Origin: Opitutales bacterium
GTDB taxonomy: Bacteria > Verrucomicrobiota > Verrucomicrobiia > Opitutales > UBA2987
Reading direction: 5' to 3'
Assembly (NCBI GenBank): GCA_965226885.1
Contig: CBDDEL010000014.1
Span: 448,001 to 512,000 of the forward strand
DNA: 64,000 nucleotides
The notes beneath the pieces are model-generated. The model worked only from the letters and a program-made list of their open reading frames with translations. It was not told where the DNA came from and ran no database searches. Below are positions 61,717 to 64,000 of this stretch, piece after piece. The first letter of the stretch is position 1. Each line of letters starts with the position of its first letter. The translations under genes and the position numbers were made by a program.

Positions 61717-64000
61717 TTAATTTGTTGGCAGTCCAGCAGGGACGCTGAACAGACTGCCATCGTCGAGCCTTTGGAAAAAACGACTGCCGGGCGTGTTGTC
61801 GCTGAAGGTAAAGATCCAGCCTATCTCGGGCCCGAAAAGGTATATCCACCGATAAGCGGCCTCATTTACAAATATCCAGTTGTTTAAGCCCAGATCAAAT
61901 AAGAATATCACATCCACAGTACTGCCTGAATCGAGAAACTGCCAGCTGTGCTCGTCGTGGAAAATCCAGGGCAGGAAATCCACATTGTAGTTCAGATACC
62001 AGGAGGAGGCCTTCCATCCCGGGAACCCGGTAATATCGACGCCGCCGAACACGTCCAGTGCGATGGCTCCATTGCCCGGGAAGGCTGTGCCATCGAGCCT
62101 GCGTCCAGGAGAAAAGAACTCGAATGCAGTAGAAACATCAAAATGCAAAGCGCCGAAATCACCCGTAATATCCGGATCGCGCGTTATACTCATGCTTTGA
62201 TCGGCAATATCAATATTGTAGGATACAGTGTCCTCTTCGAAGCCAAACGGCGTTTTCAAGGCAATGATTCCTCCGTCACCGGTGGGAAGGTTGACACCAT
62301 TTCCTCCACGGTTGGCGAGTTGAATGAGCGCGTTCCCAAAAATCTCAGAGGGGGCTGCGTTCATCGCGGCGACATCTCCGTCGCCAAAAATAACAATCGA
62401 TCCATTGGGCGCAAGCACAGTGGGATTGGGGAAGACGTGCACGAGTTCAGCGCCTCTAAGATTTACATCATAATAGGCGTCCAATTGCCAGTCGCCCAAG
62501 TTGACCTGGCTATCGGACGCATTGACGATTTCGATGAATAAATCCGCGACCGGTTCTTCAATGATACCATTGTTATTGGGGTCCGCGCCGGTTCCGACCA
62601 CAGAGGAGAGAGCCTCATTGATGACTAGGTCGAAAGTGTCCTCGCTCACATCGGTAACGGTCAGACGCGCCACATCCGGGAATATCCCTGAGGCGCCGGC
62701 AAACAGACGCACTAGGCGATCGCCGTCGAGAACACCATCATTGACTGGCGTAATGGTGATCGTCGCTCCCGCTTCTGTTACCGTAAGGGATGATGGTTCG
62801 ATAGTCACTTCATCAGCATTTTCCCCACTGACAAAGATGTTGATCAGCTCGCTACCAGCACTTTCCAAGGTCAACGTCGCGGTGATGGCGTCGCCATCTT
62901 CAGTGACGGTAACTTCGAGGACATTGATGATTACTTTATTCGTGAAGTCTTCCCAGGTCGATCCATCGTTGCGAACCCCCGGGGTGAAGATCGCGCCTCC
63001 TTCACCGGTAATGGTTTGGATATCCACGACGGCGCCGTCTACCTCGTTGGCGAGGACCCCGGAGCGTTCACTCGTCCCGACTTCACCCTCGTAAGTAAAG
63101 CTGGTAACGGGAGCGCCGCCAACTCCGCCGGCCACCAGAGTCATCGTATCTCCCTCAGTACTCGGGCCGATATTGCCGGTGGAGGCAGTCAACACAATGG
63201 CGCCTCCGAAAACACCCGTGGGGTCACCGCCGCCAAAGACGACAACCGCCTGTCCTGGGTTCAGGACCGTGCCCTCGGGCATAATGTGACGGGGGCCCAG
63301 ATTGTCCGTCACGGGCCATCCCGAGACATCGACCGCGAAATCCTCCAGGTTAACAATTTCAACAAACTCGTCATTGGTGTTATGCGCAACGCCGTCCTGG
63401 TTGGAATCGGTTTCCGGAAAATCCCGATTCGGCGTGGGATAAACCTCGGTCATAACAAGGTTGGGCTTGTTCCCAAAATTGAGTATGGTTACCTGCGGCG
63501 CTTCGCGGGCAAAGCCGGGGGCTGAAACAAAGATGAAAACCAGTTCGTCGCCATCGAATCGTCCATCATTTATAACATCGACAGGAAGGCTGAAACTGGT
63601 CTGCCCTTCAGGTATAACGATTTCGGAAGGGATATCCAACTCGCTGTCATCGGCATCCGAATCGGATAAGCTCACGGTTAATCCCCCGGCGGGGGCCGCT
63701 TGCCCCAAATTGAAATCGATCGTAAATCCGCCGGCTCCGGAAGTCTCCGGCAAGGTAACCGCACTGGTCGAAAGACCGAGGGAGGCCAAACCGGATTGGC
63801 CGGTGATAACGATATTATCGATAGCATAATTTTCAGTACTTCCGTTGGCATTGACGAAGATGCGGAACTGCATCGTATCGCCGATGGCAAAGATATCCCA
63901 CGAGTACTCGACGAATGTCCGCGTCACGCGAGGGTTTGTGTTCGGAGGCAAGGTGCGCAAATCCCCGACAAAAAACCGTCCCGGGGAGTTCGTGTAAGTC
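61717..64000 (-). CDS. Large acidic surface protein with lamin-tail and Calx-beta/Ig-like domains (5'-partial; frame open to the window edge)
   Basis: LVMTEV...DEFVEIVN...VDVSGW and LVINE...FIEIVN...LGDW repeats; NDG..DGD motifs; Trp-rich C-terminus. Confidence 0.8.
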   Translation of the reverse strand, partial: TYTNSPGRFFVGDLRTLPPNTNPRVTRTFVEYSWDIFAIGDTMQFRIFVNANGSTENYAIDNIVITGQSGLASLGLSTSAVTLPETSGAGGFTIDFNLGQAAPAGGLTVSLSDSDADDSELDIPSEIVIPEGQTSFSLPVDVINDGRFDGDELVFIFVSAPGFAREAPQVTILNFGNKPNLVMTEVYPTPNRDFPETDSNQDGVAHNTNDEFVEIVNLEDFAVDVSGWPVTDNLGPRHIMPEGTVLNPGQAVVVFGGGDPTGVFGGAIVLTASTGNIGPSTEGDTMTLVAGGVGGAPVTSFTYEGEVGTSERSGVLANEVDGAVVDIQTITGEGGAIFTPGVRNDGSTWEDFTNKVIINVLEVTVTEDGDAITATLTLESAGSELINIFVSGENADEVTIEPSSLTVTEAGATITITPVNDGVLDGDRLVRLFAGASGIFPDVARLTVTDVSEDTFDLVINEALSSVVGTGADPNNNGIIEEPVADLFIEIVNASDSQVNLGDWQLDAYYDVNLRGAELVHVFPNPTVLAPNGSIVIFGDGDVAAMNAAPSEIFGNALIQLANRGGNGVNLPTGDGGIIALKTPFGFEEDTVSYNIDIADQSMSITRDPDITGDFGALHFDVSTAFEFFSPGRRLDGTAFPGNGAIALDVFGGVDITGFPGWKASSWYLNYNVDFLPWIFHDEHSWQFLDSGSTVDVIFLFDLGLNNWIFVNEAAYRWIYLFGPEIGWIFTFSDNTPGSRFFQRLDDGSLFSVPAGLPTN

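Noticed and set aside
1..64000. CRISPR array, tRNA or rRNA
   Set aside because: I saw no regularly spaced repeat-spacer pattern or recognisable structural RNA gene by eye. All long repeats are IS copies or CHASE3 coding repeats. A covariance-model scan was not possible.

Overview
This is bacterial chromosomal DNA. The gene style and the Trp-rich C-terminal domains suggest Verrucomicrobiota/Opitutae, which is an inference. 1-9 kb is housekeeping and carbohydrate metabolism (fcl, HlyIII, 2-hydroxyacid dehydrogenase, kdgK, eda, SDR, thiL, CPBP protease). 10-46 kb is heavily invaded by insertion sequences: about 20 kb of IS DNA by my boundaries, made up of one IS21, six IS1380, four IS5/ISNCY-like copies plus two fragments, and one IS630, often nested. 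These have broken an S8 peptidase, a triple-CHASE3 chemoreceptor and a portal-less terS-terL-serine recombinase module. Removing the IS copies at their intact target-site duplications reconstructs two convergent phosphonate-utilisation operons. One is phnF-phnM-pbfA-secreted amidohydrolase-methyltransferase; the other is Zn-ADH-MFS-PhnX-like HAD-dehydrogenase-phoD-MFS. The two share an 18-bp palindromic candidate operator, and this is the best candidate for an undescribed pathway. 53-64 kb holds an eroded sugar-phosphate operon and secreted phosphoesterase/lamin-tail proteins. The window also shows a recurring mutational signature of short (2-25 bp) tandem duplications and many pseudogenes. 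I saw no rRNA, tRNA or CRISPR array. All product calls come from motif recognition, not database searches.
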